Assembly (NCBI GenBank): GCA_963778115.1
Contig: CAVZSV010000004.1
Location: 384,001-448,000, forward strand
Length of the DNA: 64,000 nucleotides
Direction: 5' to 3'
From: an uncultured delta proteobacterium
GTDB taxonomy: Bacteria; Bdellovibrionota; FAC87; UBA2466
Shown: in pieces, positions 18,266-28,574 of the stretch
Layout of the letters: every line of letters starts with the position of its first letter
Numbering within the stretch: the first letter of the stretch is position 1
Made by a program: the position numbers and the translations under genes
Notes under the pieces: generated by a model
Databases searched by the model: none
What the model was told of the DNA's origin: nothing
Seen by the model: only the letters and a program-made list of their open reading frames with translations

Positions 18266-18913
18266 AGACAAATCGATGGACATGGGAACGGTGACCCTGC
18301 CCTTAAATCGATACACCTATCAGTGGATCGCTCGAGAATACTCGGCGGCGGAAAGAGGAAGTGTTTCCAGTGCTCGCTATCTCAATCTTCTGACCGAGTT
18401 CGAGACCGCTCTAAAGGAGGGACGCATCTTGAAAAGGTCGATTTCTTTGAGACGCGAGATATCCTTCCCAGCAATGTGAAAGGATATCAACCCTATTCCA
18501 AACCTCTCTATGTGCTTACCGATTTTCGTTGCGCCAGTTGCGGCGATTGGTTTCCGGGTGTGATTAAATCAAACGATAGAGGAATTACCATTGGTAGCAA
18601 CACCATGGGAGCCGGCGGCCATGTGGCTAACATCGGTATCTTCCCCAACTCGGGAGCTTCCTTAAATAACACCTATTCCGTATGGGAACTCTCCAACGGC
18701 GATATCATCGAAGATCGCGGCACAGAGCCCAAGCATGTCGTTCGCATGGATCAGAGTGATTACCGCACGGGATACAAAACCACGAGCGGGTACCGCGACA
18801 ACGTCTTAAAAATCGTCACAGGCGATCTTATTGGGAAGGTCCTTCGCCCCAAGATAGAAGCGGATCGAAAAAAACTAGACGAACTCGAAAAGGCTATCAC
18901 TCCGAAATCTTAG
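18255..18913 (+). pseudogene. C-terminal fragment of an S41 (CPAF-like) protease, frameshifted
   Basis: YSKPLYVLTD..CASCGDWFP..IKSNDRG..IGSNTMGAGG..IEDRGTEP. No N-terminus or signal peptide. Frameshift at ~18420. Confidence 0.75.
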
Positions 18914-19983
18914 AAAAGGTCCATTTGGCCTGAGGGATCCTGACGCTTAAAATGCGCTATGGAAAGCTCTGCACCTGAAGATGAGAGGCCTGCTCTGTTT
19001 CGTGAGACTCGAAATAGCGTTTCTATCTGACACGCATAGGTCCCCACACCGCGCATGCGAGATCCAAACTGCGAGTCATATAATTTTCCGCCTCTCATCT
19101 CTTTTACCCGAGCCAGCACCTTATTTTTTCTTTCTGGAAAATGATGCCCCAGCCACGTTTCAAAAAGAGGTGCCACGGCATGAGGAAGGCGAAGCATAGT
19201 GTAATGAGCCGATGTCGCCCCCGCCTTAGCAGCCGCCTTTAGTATCTCAGGAATTTCGTGATCGGTAATCGCAGGTATCACGGGGGCGACATTGACGGAA
19301 ACGGCAATCCCGGCCTGAGTCAGCGCTTCGATTGCCATCAGCCTTCGCCCAGGGGTTGAAGCCCTAGGTTCCGAAATCCGAGCTAGATCACTATCCAGTG
19401 TCGTGACGGAGAAAACGACAAGAGCGGCATTTTTCTTGGCCAGGGAACCTAAAATATCGATGTCTCTAGCGACCAGCGCATTTTTGGTGATGATGATGAC
19501 CGGATTTCCGAACTCGTTTAGCACTTCCAAACAAGCTCGCGTCACCTTAAGCTCTCTTTCCACCGGTTGGTAGCAGTCGGTGACTCCACTCATGACGATC
19601 GCTTGAGGCACCCAGCTCTTTTTTTGAAGCTCCTTCCTTAATAGATCGGATGCCGAGCGTTTTACAAAGATCTTGGTTTCAAAATCCAGTCCTGAAGAAA
19701 GCCCTAAATATTCATGCGTCGGACGCGCATAGCAATAGGTGCAGCCATGTTCACAGCCTCGATAAGGGTTAACACTATATTCAAAGGGAATATCCGGACT
19801 GTCATTGTGACTTAGGATGCTCTTAGTCACATCATGTAATACTACGGTCTGGGGAGAGGGGTCTTGCTGTAATTCCCACCCGTCATCAGTACGGATGCGA
19901 TCCATGGCTTCGAAGCGGTTCTTGGGATTTCCACTCACCCCTCGGCCCTGTATCGCAGCACTTTTTAAAGTCTCTTCTGCCAT
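18910..19983 (-). CDS. Radical SAM protein, PA0069/SplB-like family
   Basis: NPYRGCEHGCTYCYARPTHEYL (CxxxCxxC), GLDFETKI, TDCYQP. Confidence 0.92.
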   Translation of the reverse strand: MAEETLKSAAIQGRGVSGNPKNRFEAMDRIRTDDGWELQQDPSPQTVVLHDVTKSILSHNDSPDIPFEYSVNPYRGCEHGCTYCYARPTHEYLGLSSGLDFETKIFVKRSASDLLRKELQKKSWVPQAIVMSGVTDCYQPVERELKVTRACLEVLNEFGNPVIIITKNALVARDIDILGSLAKKNAALVVFSVTTLDSDLARISEPRASTPGRRLMAIEALTQAGIAVSVNVAPVIPAITDHEIPEILKAAAKAGATSAHYTMLRLPHAVAPLFETWLGHHFPERKNKVLARVKEMRGGKLYDSQFGSRMRGVGTYACQIETLFRVSRNRAGLSSSGAELSIAHFKRQDPSGQMDLF

Positions 19984-20067
19984 CTCCTTATCAAAGCATT
20001 TGTCAGAACACCGTCAATGTCCCATTTAACTGTCGCCTGTCCCTTGCCTCTCCGTTACGATAGCTCG

Positions 20068-21069
20068 GTGAATCTTCGGCGCACGTGGCTCTACATTTTG
20101 GGATCCATCCTCATTCTCGTTGCGATGTACTTCTTACTTCGCTCGCAAGGAATTTCAGCAAGCGAGATTGTCAAAGCCCTTCGAAGATTTCGTTTTGCGA
20201 GTATCGCGCTAGCCGCCGTTCCCATTCTGTTTATCCAAATCCCGCTGCAGATTAGCCGTCTGTGGGCATTGCTTCCCCATTCGCGCTCTCATCTGCCTTC
20301 CGCCAAACAATGGCCGGGAGTCGCTAAAGCCTTTGCCTTCGGACAGGCCATCAATGCATTTGCGCCAGCACGCGCGGGAGACGCTCTAAAGATGGTGATG
20401 TTAAGACGCAGCGATCCCGACCCCACCCAAGAACTCCCGTTAGGAACCGCAGCCGGAGTCTTGCTGGCCGACAAAGCCATCGACATTCTCTCATTAGTAA
20501 CTTTGAGTTTATTTTGCATCGTGACCTGGGGCCGTCGTCTAAAGTCCCTCCAACTTCCCCATCTAGGCGAATGGATCTTAATGGGCAGTACTGCAATCGC
20601 GATGATGCTCTTGCTGCTTTTAACGCTACTCCCCAAATTAAGGGCCACGTTGAGGATGCTATGGAACCAAATCATTCACGGCTTGGCTCCGTTACGAAAC
20701 CCCGGACAATCGGTCCCAGCCCTTTTGGCCAGTATGGCAGGTTGGTGTGGAGAGCTATGGGCAATTCGTCTGCTTTGCGAGGCTCAAGGTTACCCCATCC
20801 CTTTTAACGAAGTCCTTTGGGCCATGGTCGTGCTGAATCTAGGGGTAGCCGTGCCCATCTCTCTGGCAAATCTGGGGGCGTTCGAAGCCGCCATGACGTT
20901 AGGGCTAGTCCAAGTGGGAGTTCCCGCGGCGAGCGGACTCGCCGTCGCCAGCGCCCATCATGCCCTGCAAATCGTCGCCATCTACCTTTGGACCGGGGTG
21001 ATGGCACTTCTTCGGCCATTAAAGGCTTCGCTAGCTCCCAGCGAAAGGAAAACCGCGCAATCACTGTAA
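20068..21069 (+). CDS. Lysylphosphatidylglycerol synthase TM-domain (UPF0104 flippase-like) membrane protein; start approximate
   Basis: Multiple TM helices. NAFAPARAGDALK and VPISLANLGAFEAA motifs. Confidence 0.85.
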   Translation: MNLRRTWLYILGSILILVAMYFLLRSQGISASEIVKALRRFRFASIALAAVPILFIQIPLQISRLWALLPHSRSHLPSAKQWPGVAKAFAFGQAINAFAPARAGDALKMVMLRRSDPDPTQELPLGTAAGVLLADKAIDILSLVTLSLFCIVTWGRRLKSLQLPHLGEWILMGSTAIAMMLLLLLTLLPKLRATLRMLWNQIIHGLAPLRNPGQSVPALLASMAGWCGELWAIRLLCEAQGYPIPFNEVLWAMVVLNLGVAVPISLANLGAFEAAMTLGLVQVGVPAASGLAVASAHHALQIVAIYLWTGVMALLRPLKASLAPSERKTAQSL

Positions 21070-21127
21070 ATGCTTCATTTACTTGCTTGAAATTTCATTT
21101 GTTTTGCGGCAGAAATACCAAACACGT

Positions 21128-21517
21128 ATGGACAACCGGAAGATCATTTTAGCTTTTTATGTGACCGTGAGCGCGGTATTGGGCTTTCTAATCCGCTCTT
21201 CGATCCAGTATTTCTATCTGACGTTCTATCAGTTTCGGCGTCTTCCGGGAATCGCGATAACACGAGAAGCGGTTCCTATCGCCGTGGCATTTTTGACCTT
21301 TTACATCTTAGTTCGTCATCAAAAGATGAACACATTGATGGAAGACGTCGTTTCGGAGCTAAAGAAGGTAACCTGGCCCGGTCGTGAAGAAGTCGTTCGC
21401 TCTACGATAGTAGTAATGATATGCATCATGATTTGCAGCTTAATCCTCGGCGCGTTTGACGTGATCTGGGGCAAAAGTATCGGCTGGGCCCTTAAGGCCA
21501 AATTTTTCTGGGAATAA
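21128..21517 (+). CDS. secE: Preprotein translocase subunit SecE (3-TM type)
   Basis: ELKKVTWPGREE motif, directly upstream of nusG. Confidence 0.95.
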   Translation: MDNRKIILAFYVTVSAVLGFLIRSSIQYFYLTFYQFRRLPGIAITREAVPIAVAFLTFYILVRHQKMNTLMEDVVSELKKVTWPGREEVVRSTIVVMICIMICSLILGAFDVIWGKSIGWALKAKFFWE

Positions 21518-21526
21518 ATGGTGAGC

Positions 21527-22189
21527 ATGGAAGAAAAGTTAGAAAACTCGGCGCCTGGCGAGGAAAAGGACAAGGCAAACGAAGAGAGTACGCCTGAAGT
21601 GGTAGAATCCACCCCTTCTCCGCAAGCCCAGGCGTCCGCTTCTGATGTGGTCTCGGATGAAGGGATGAAGTGGTATGTCGTCCACACTTACAGCGGCTAC
21701 GAGCAAAAAGCTCGTTTGGCGCTTAAGGAACGCATCCGCCAAAACCACATGGAAAAGTTCTTTGCCGAGGTTTTAATCCCCTCGGAAAACGTCATTGAAT
21801 TGGTTCGCGGAGAGAAGAAAACAACGAGCCGCAAATTCTTCCCCGGTTATGTCCTTGTAAAGATGCTCTTAAACGATGCCACTTGGCATTTGGTGAAGAG
21901 CACCCCTAAAATCACCGGTTTCGTGGGGAATGCCCTAACCCCTCCGGCGGTGCCCGAAGAAGAGGTCGCCCGAATTACGAACCAGATGGCCGAAGGGACC
22001 CTTAAACCTCGACCCAAGGTTCAGTTCGAAGAGGGCGAGAGCGTCAGGGTGGTAGACGGACCGTTCGTCAACTTTAACGGTGTCGTCGAAGAAGTGAAAC
22101 CCGATAAAGGAAAACTCCGAGTGTTGGTGAGTATCTTCGGCCGTTCAACCCCAGTCGAGCTGGACTTTGTACAGGTCGAAAAGAATTAG
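21527..22189 (+). CDS. nusG: Transcription factor NusG with acidic N-terminal extension (alternative start 21518)
   Basis: WYVVHTYSGYE, FFPGYVLV, KOW domain ending IFGRSTPVELDF. Confidence 0.98.
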   Translation: MEEKLENSAPGEEKDKANEESTPEVVESTPSPQAQASASDVVSDEGMKWYVVHTYSGYEQKARLALKERIRQNHMEKFFAEVLIPSENVIELVRGEKKTTSRKFFPGYVLVKMLLNDATWHLVKSTPKITGFVGNALTPPAVPEEEVARITNQMAEGTLKPRPKVQFEEGESVRVVDGPFVNFNGVVEEVKPDKGKLRVLVSIFGRSTPVELDFVQVEKN

Positions 22190-22207
22190 TAAGGTAGGAA
22201 GTTAACG

Positions 22208-22633
22208 ATGGCAAAAAAACTTACAGCGATGGTGAAGCTACAGATCCCCGGAGGAAAGGCAAACCCCTCTCCCCCCGTCGGTCCGGCACTGGGTCAGCAC
22301 GGTGTCAATATCATGGAGTTCTGCAAAGCTTTCAATGCCAAGACCCAGAGTGCGAATGGAATGATTACGCCTGTGGTCATCAGTATCTACCAAGATAGAT
22401 CTTTCACTTTCATTACCAAGACCCCACCCGTCTCTGTTTTGTTGAAGAAGGCGGCTGACATCGTGAAGGGTTCGGGCGTTCCGAACAAAAATAAGGTGGG
22501 CAGCGTTACCAAAGATCAGGTGGTTGATATCGCCAAGACCAAAATGCCGGATCTCAATACGGTCGATTTAGAATCTGCGATTCGCCAGGTCGAAGGTACT
22601 GCGAAGAGCATGGGCCTCGAAGTCAAAGGCTAG
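22208..22633 (+). CDS. rplK: 50S ribosomal protein L11
   Basis: [26 protein letters not shown]. Confidence 0.99.
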   Translation: MAKKLTAMVKLQIPGGKANPSPPVGPALGQHGVNIMEFCKAFNAKTQSANGMITPVVISIYQDRSFTFITKTPPVSVLLKKAADIVKGSGVPNKNKVGSVTKDQVVDIAKTKMPDLNTVDLESAIRQVEGTAKSMGLEVKG

Positions 22634-22649
22634 GAGTTTAGGAGTTACT

Positions 22650-23363
22650 ATGGGCAAGCGTGGAAAAATTTATAAAGCCGACTATGCAAAGGTCGACCGC
22701 AACAAAAAATATACTTTAGACGAAGCGCTCGAAGTGATCGCTACTTTTGGCACGCACAAATTCGATGAGAGCGTTGAAGTCGCTATCAAGTTAGGCGTCG
22801 ATCCTAAGCAATCGGACCAATTGGTTCGAGGTGCTGCCGTTTTGCCTCATGGACTTGGAAAATCGATCCGAGTCGTCGCTATCGTAAAAGGTGAGATGGA
22901 AAAAGAGGCTCGTGAGGCCGGTGCCGATCACGTTGGCAGTGATGATCTCATCGAGAAGATTGAAAAAGGCTGGCTCGATTTTGATCGAGTTCTCGCCACT
23001 CCCGAAACGCTGAAAGACTTAACCAAGATCGCAAAGATATTGGGCCCGAAAGGTCTCATGCCGAATAAAAAGACCGGAACCGTTACCAGTGAAATCGGCA
23101 AGGCTGTTCGCGAACAAAAACTTGGTAAAGTAGAGTACAAAGTGGAAAAGGCTGGAATTGTTCATGCCGTCATTGGCAAGAAGTCGTTCGGTCCAACCAA
23201 ACTTCGGGAAAACTTCGTCTCTCTTTTTGACAACATTTTGAAGGCGAAACCTTCTACATCCAAAGGTATCTACGTTCGTAAGGTCGCGCTGTCCCCCACG
23301 ATGGGTCCCAGTGTCATACTTGATGCATCCTCATTAGAGTTGCAAGTTAGAGCCGCAGGATAA
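22650..23363 (+). CDS. rplA: 50S ribosomal protein L1
   Basis: KFDESVE..LGVDP..SDQLVRG..LPHG, LGPKGLMPN. Confidence 0.99.
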   Translation: MGKRGKIYKADYAKVDRNKKYTLDEALEVIATFGTHKFDESVEVAIKLGVDPKQSDQLVRGAAVLPHGLGKSIRVVAIVKGEMEKEAREAGADHVGSDDLIEKIEKGWLDFDRVLATPETLKDLTKIAKILGPKGLMPNKKTGTVTSEIGKAVREQKLGKVEYKVEKAGIVHAVIGKKSFGPTKLRENFVSLFDNILKAKPSTSKGIYVRKVALSPTMGPSVILDASSLELQVRAAG

Positions 23364-23391
23364 TTAGGGATTTCTGGCCCCAAAATAAAAG

Positions 23392-23421
23392 TTGACTGGC
23401 TAAAAAACCAGGTATTTAAAT
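23392..23421 (+). promoter_or_regulatory. Putative sigma70 promoter for rplJ
   Basis: TTGACT followed 17-18 nt later by TTTAAA/TTAAAT. The -10 match is weak. Confidence 0.35.
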
Positions 23422-23448
23422 GTCTGTTTATATTCCGGGGAGTTTGTC

Positions 23449-23982
23449 TTGAACCGTACTCAGAAAGCCGCCTTTGTTTCCGACCTCGATGAAAGCATAA
23501 AAAGCGCTCAGGCGTTCGCTTTGCTGTCCTTTTCGAAACTCAATGTCGAGCAGATGACTGCTTTCCGTTTGAGTCTTCGCAAGAGCAACGTTCGCGTTAA
23601 AGTCATTAAAAACACCCTCGCCAAGCGAGTCCTTGATCAAACCGATTTCAAAGAGATCGGGGCTCATCTTGAAGGACCCACTCTCATCGCTTACGGACCG
23701 GGCGACCCGGTCACCACCGCGAAAGCGATCTCTGAGTGGGCGGGAAAAGAGAATTTCGACATTAAAATCAAGGCCGGAATGGCCTTGGGTAAAGTGGTTT
23801 CTGATGTTCAATTAAAAGCCCTTTCGAAGCTCCCCGGCCGCAACGAGTTGCTGGTCAGCTTCCTCTGGGCTTTGAAATCACACCCGACCAGATTTCTTTA
23901 TGCACTTAAAGATGCACCTCAACGTATGGGCTACGCCTTGAACGCTCTGAGGGAGAAAAAAGAAAAAGAAGGAAATGCGTAG
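23449..23982 (+). CDS. rplJ: 50S ribosomal protein L10 (TTG start)
   Basis: [35 protein letters not shown]. Position in the operon. Confidence 0.97.
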   Translation: MNRTQKAAFVSDLDESIKSAQAFALLSFSKLNVEQMTAFRLSLRKSNVRVKVIKNTLAKRVLDQTDFKEIGAHLEGPTLIAYGPGDPVTTAKAISEWAGKENFDIKIKAGMALGKVVSDVQLKALSKLPGRNELLVSFLWALKSHPTRFLYALKDAPQRMGYALNALREKKEKEGNA

Positions 23983-24020
23983 TCGGTGGAACGCCGACTC
24001 TAATAAACAGGAGGATTGCC

Positions 24021-24401
24021 ATGGCAGTTAGTGAAGAACAGGTTTTTGAATATTTCGATAAGGCGAACTTGCTCGAGATATCCGAATTCATCAAGAAATT
24101 TGAATCCCGGTACGGTGTCAGTGCTGCAGCCCCCGTGGCCGTAGCAGGTGGCGGCGGAGCCGCTGCTGCCGCAGCCCCTGCCGAAGAGAAAACCGCTTTT
24201 GATGTGATCTTGACGGATGGCGGAGCCCAAAAGGTTCAGGTCATTAAAGAAATCCGTGGTTTCACAACACTCGGTCTGAAAGAGGCTAAAGACCTCGTTG
24301 AAGGCGCGCCGAAGACTTTAAAGGAAGGCATCTCTAAAAAAGAAGCCGAAGAAATAAAGAAGAAGCTCGAAGCTGTTGGCGCTAAGGTTGAATTAAAGTA
24401 A
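24021..24401 (+). CDS. rplL: 50S ribosomal protein L7/L12
   Basis: GVSAAAPVA hinge, [21 protein letters not shown]. Confidence 0.99.
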   Translation: MAVSEEQVFEYFDKANLLEISEFIKKFESRYGVSAAAPVAVAGGGGAAAAAAPAEEKTAFDVILTDGGAQKVQVIKEIRGFTTLGLKEAKDLVEGAPKTLKEGISKKEAEEIKKKLEAVGAKVELK

Positions 24402-24467
24402 CCGGCGCAACAATCGCCTACGTTCCGAAATTCTGCCATTAGTGCTTTTACTAAAGAGGTATAGCGA

Positions 24468-27400
24468 ATGAACACCTCTCCTCGTTTTCTCGAAAGCAAA
24501 CGCTTTCGTAAGGAGTTTGGTAAATACCCCTCTCTGATCGAAATTCCCGATCTGATTGAGGTACAAAAGAAGTCCTACGAAAAATTTTTGCAGGCGGAAT
24601 TTTCGCCCGAGAAACGTGAAAATTTAGGACTCCAGGGTGTATTTAAGTCGGTATTTCCCATACACGACTTCAATAACACCGCGAGTCTTGAGTTCGACTC
24701 CTATGCTTTGGAAACCCCAAAGTATGACGTCGACGAATGCCGTAGCCGCGGAATGAGCTTTGCCGCTCCGCTTAAGGTTACGGTGCGCCTCGAAGTCTGG
24801 GATGTCGATGAGCAGACCCAGACCCGCAACATTAAAGACGTCAAAGAACAAGAGGTCTATTTGGGCGAGATCCCGTTGATGACCGAGCGGGGAAGTTTCA
24901 TTATTAATGGTACGGAACGCGTCGTCGTAAGTCAGCTTCATCGTTCTCCCGGCGTATTCTTCGATCACGATAAAGGAACGTCCCACACGAGTGGAAAACT
25001 TCTTTATTCCGCTCGGGTCATTCCTTATCGCGGCTCTTGGTTAGACTTTGAATTCGACCATAAAGACATTCTTTATGTGCGCATTGATCGCCGTCGAAAG
25101 CTCCATGTCACGGTTCTGCTCAAAGCTCTCGGTTATTCGACCGAGGAGCTCTTAGCATTCTTCTACGATCATGAAACTGTCAGTATCGGTAAAGGAGAGA
25201 AATTCCTCCTGCATTTCGATCCTAAACTGTACGCTGGTCAGCGCGCCAATAGCGATTGGTTGGATGAAGACGGCAAAGTCATCGTGGAGAAGAACAAGAA
25301 ATTTACTTCTTCGACCTTAAAGAAGATCGAAGAAGCAAAGATCAAAAAGTTCCCCATCGATCGCGAAACGTTACTAACCAAGATTTGCGCCCAAGACGTT
25401 GTCGATCTTGAGACGGGTGAAGTGCTTCTCGAATGTAACGAAGAGCTCACCGACGCCAAGCTCGATCTTCTCATCGAAAAGAAGATCTCCGAATTCACAG
25501 TACTCTATACCGACCGTATTAACGTCGGAACCTACTTGCGCGACACTCTGACGCAAGACAAATGCAGCACCAAAGAAGAGGCGCTCATCGAAATTTATCG
25601 ACGATTGCGCCCGGGAGATCCGCCAACGCTGGAGACCGCACAAGCGCTCTTCCAAGGTCTTTTCTTTGATCCTGTGAAATACGATCTCTCGAAGGTCGGA
25701 CGTCTAAAGATCAACCATAAGTTTGGATTTAACACACCGCTCGAAAATACGACCCTAACCAAGGACGATATCTTGGCGGTGGTGAAGTATTTAATCGACC
25801 TTAAGAACGGCAAAGGCCAAATCGACGATATCGATCATTTGGGCAATCGGCGCGTTCGCGCGGTCGGTGAACTGCTTGAAAATCAGTTCCGCATTGGACT
25901 CGTTCGTATGGAACGTGCCATTCGCGAACGCATGAGTCTTCAAGACGTTGAAACCTTGATGCCTCACGATCTAATTAACGCAAAGCCAGTCTCCGCGGTA
26001 GTTAAGGAGTTCTTCGGAAGTTCCCAGCTATCGCAGTTCATGGATCAGACCAATCCATTATCGGAAGTCACCCATAAGCGCCGGCTAAGCGCTTTGGGAC
26101 CCGGTGGTTTGACTCGTGAAAGAGCGGGTTTCGAGGTTCGTGACGTTCATGCCACCCATTACGGTCGCATCTGTCCGATTGAGACTCCAGAAGGACCAAA
26201 CATTGGTTTGATATCTTCCCTTTCGACCTATGGTCGAGTGAACGATTATGGTTTCATTGAAACGCCTTATCGCACGCTCAAAGACGGCAAAGTCACTGAT
26301 GATGTGGTGTTCTTCTCTGCCCTTGAGGAAGAAAACCATACGATTGCGCAAGCCAAAACGCCTTTGAAAAACGCAATGGTGGAACCTGACTTTGTCTCGG
26401 CTCGCCGCCAAGGAGAGACGATTCTCGCTCGTAAAGAGGAGATCGATCTCATGGATGTCGCACCGAACCAGTTAGTTTCGATTGCGGCCTCTTTAATCCC
26501 GTTCCTAGAGAATGACGATGCTAACCGAGCTCTGATGGGTTCGAACATGCAACGTCAGGCGGTACCTTTGCTACGGACATCAGCTCCGTTAGTCGGCACG
26601 GGAATGGAAAAGCTTGTCGCCCGAGATTCCGGCGTTACTTGTGTTGCCAGACAGCCCGGTGTCGTCGATTTCGTGGACGCTACCCGAATTGTCGTACGAA
26701 CTGACGAGAACGAGAAGACCAGTGGTACTGGTGTAGACATCTACAACTTAGTTAAGTACCGCCGCTCGAACCAGAATACTTGTATCAACCAGAAGCCCAT
26801 CGTCTCGGTAGGCGAACACATTAAGAAGGGACAGGTCCTAGCGGACGGTCCTGGAACCGACATGGGTGAATTGGCCCTCGGTCAAAATATCGTGGTCGCG
26901 TTCATGCCGTGGGGTGGATACAACTTCGAAGATTCGATCTTAATCAGCGAAGAGTTGGTTAAGAATGACACGTTCACTTCAATTCACATCGAAGAGTTCG
27001 AGTGTGTCGCTCGGGATACGAAGCTAGGAAAAGAAGAGGTCACTCGCGACATTCCCAACGTCAGCGAAGAACAGCTGATGAATTTGGATAGCAGCGGAAT
27101 CGTTCGCATCGGAGCGGAAGTAAAGCCCGGCGATATCCTGGTCGGAAAGATCACTCCCAAAGGCGAAACTCAACTCAGCCCTGAAGAAAAGCTCTTACGC
27201 GCTATCTTCGGCGAAAAGGCCGGTGATGTGAAAGACACATCGCTGCGTGTCTCGCCTGGTATAGTAGGTACGGTCATCGGTGCTCAGGTATTTTCTCGTG
27301 AAGGGGCTGATAAGGACGAACGTACTGCCCGAATCGTTGAAGACGATGAAAATCGCCTTCGCAAAGACGAACGGACTGAAGTGCGCATCATCCAAGAGGC

Positions 27401-28574
27401 TGCCAAGAAAAAGATAGCGCCGCATGTACTAAACCAAGAGACGAGTGGAAAGCTTCTTGATGTCTCGGGTGAAAACCAATTGCTCAAGAAAGGGCAAGTG
27501 ATCACCCAAGAAGACTTCGACAAGATCCCCTACGATCTCTTGAAGCACGTTCCCCTTCCTCCGTCGGTGGAATCTCAAGTCTCTTCGACCTTAGCGGCCG
27601 TAGACGCTCAGATTCTGGCGGTTCATAATCTTTTCGAAGAAAAGATTAAGAAACTCAAGAAGGGTGACGAGCTTCCTCCGGGCGTTATCAAAATGGTCAA
27701 AGTCTATGTCGCTATTAAACGCCGCATTGCGGTGGGTGATAAGATGGCCGGACGCCACGGAAACAAGGGTGTCATCTCTCGCCAGTTGCCGATTGAAGAC
27801 ATGCCTTATCAGGAAGACGGAACCCCGGTTCAGATCGTATTGAATCCGCTGGGCGTTCCTTCTCGTATGAACGTAGGGCAGATTCTTGAATCTCACCTGG
27901 GCCGTGCTGCTCAAGGGTTTGGTTTGAGAATGCAGGAATTCTTAGAAAAGTGGAACTCTACTGGGGTCCGAAACGTGATGAAGAAATTCTTCCCCAATAA
28001 GTCGGTCCAAAAGGCGATCGACGAATTGAGTGAAGAGTCTGTCAAACGTTTAGCGAAGCAGCTGCGCGGTGGATTGCATATGGCAAGCCCCGTATTCGAT
28101 AGCGCTTCCGAAGAAGAGATCCGCGAATGTCTGGCCAGTGCTGGACTTCCCGAGTCCGGACAGCAGATTCTTTTTGACGGCAGATCGGGCGAACCGTTCC
28201 GTCACGATGTCACGGTGGGTGTCATGTACATCATGAAACTCCATCATCTCGTCGACGAAAAGATACATGCTCGCAGTATCGGACCGTACAGCTTAGTCAC
28301 TCAGCAGCCCCTGGGCGGGAAAGCTCAGTTCGGTGGTCAGAGATTGGGAGAGATGGAAGTCTGGGCGCTTGAAGCTTACGGCGCTGCCTACTGTCTACAA
28401 GAACTTTTAACCGTGAAGTCAGACGACGTCGCGGGACGTACTCGAATGTTTGAGACCATAGTGAAGGGCGAAAACGTACTTGAACCTGGTTTACCAGAGT
28501 CATTCAACGTTCTCGTGAAGGAACTACAATCCCTAGCTCTTGACGTGGAACTCATGGAGGATAACAGCCTATGA
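24468..28574 (+). CDS. rpoB: RNA polymerase beta subunit
   Basis: [52 protein letters not shown]. Confidence 0.99.
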   Translation: MNTSPRFLESKRFRKEFGKYPSLIEIPDLIEVQKKSYEKFLQAEFSPEKRENLGLQGVFKSVFPIHDFNNTASLEFDSYALETPKYDVDECRSRGMSFAAPLKVTVRLEVWDVDEQTQTRNIKDVKEQEVYLGEIPLMTERGSFIINGTERVVVSQLHRSPGVFFDHDKGTSHTSGKLLYSARVIPYRGSWLDFEFDHKDILYVRIDRRRKLHVTVLLKALGYSTEELLAFFYDHETVSIGKGEKFLLHFDPKLYAGQRANSDWLDEDGKVIVEKNKKFTSSTLKKIEEAKIKKFPIDRETLLTKICAQDVVDLETGEVLLECNEELTDAKLDLLIEKKISEFTVLYTDRINVGTYLRDTLTQDKCSTKEEALIEIYRRLRPGDPPTLETAQALFQGLFFDPVKYDLSKVGRLKINHKFGFNTPLENTTLTKDDILAVVKYLIDLKNGKGQIDDIDHLGNRRVRAVGELLENQFRIGLVRMERAIRERMSLQDVETLMPHDLINAKPVSAVVKEFFGSSQLSQFMDQTNPLSEVTHKRRLSALGPGGLTRERAGFEVRDVHATHYGRICPIETPEGPNIGLISSLSTYGRVNDYGFIETPYRTLKDGKVTDDVVFFSALEEENHTIAQAKTPLKNAMVEPDFVSARRQGETILARKEEIDLMDVAPNQLVSIAASLIPFLENDDANRALMGSNMQRQAVPLLRTSAPLVGTGMEKLVARDSGVTCVARQPGVVDFVDATRIVVRTDENEKTSGTGVDIYNLVKYRRSNQNTCINQKPIVSVGEHIKKGQVLADGPGTDMGELALGQNIVVAFMPWGGYNFEDSILISEELVKNDTFTSIHIEEFECVARDTKLGKEEVTRDIPNVSEEQLMNLDSSGIVRIGAEVKPGDILVGKITPKGETQLSPEEKLLRAIFGEKAGDVKDTSLRVSPGIVGTVIGAQVFSREGADKDERTARIVEDDENRLRKDERTEVRIIQEAAKKKIAPHVLNQETSGKLLDVSGENQLLKKGQVITQEDFDKIPYDLLKHVPLPPSVESQVSSTLAAVDAQILAVHNLFEEKIKKLKKGDELPPGVIKMVKVYVAIKRRIAVGDKMAGRHGNKGVISRQLPIEDMPYQEDGTPVQIVLNPLGVPSRMNVGQILESHLGRAAQGFGLRMQEFLEKWNSTGVRNVMKKFFPNKSVQKAIDELSEESVKRLAKQLRGGLHMASPVFDSASEEEIRECLASAGLPESGQQILFDGRSGEPFRHDVTVGVMYIMKLHHLVDEKIHARSIGPYSLVTQQPLGGKAQFGGQRLGEMEVWALEAYGAAYCLQELLTVKSDDVAGRTRMFETIVKGENVLEPGLPESFNVLVKELQSLALDVELMEDNSL

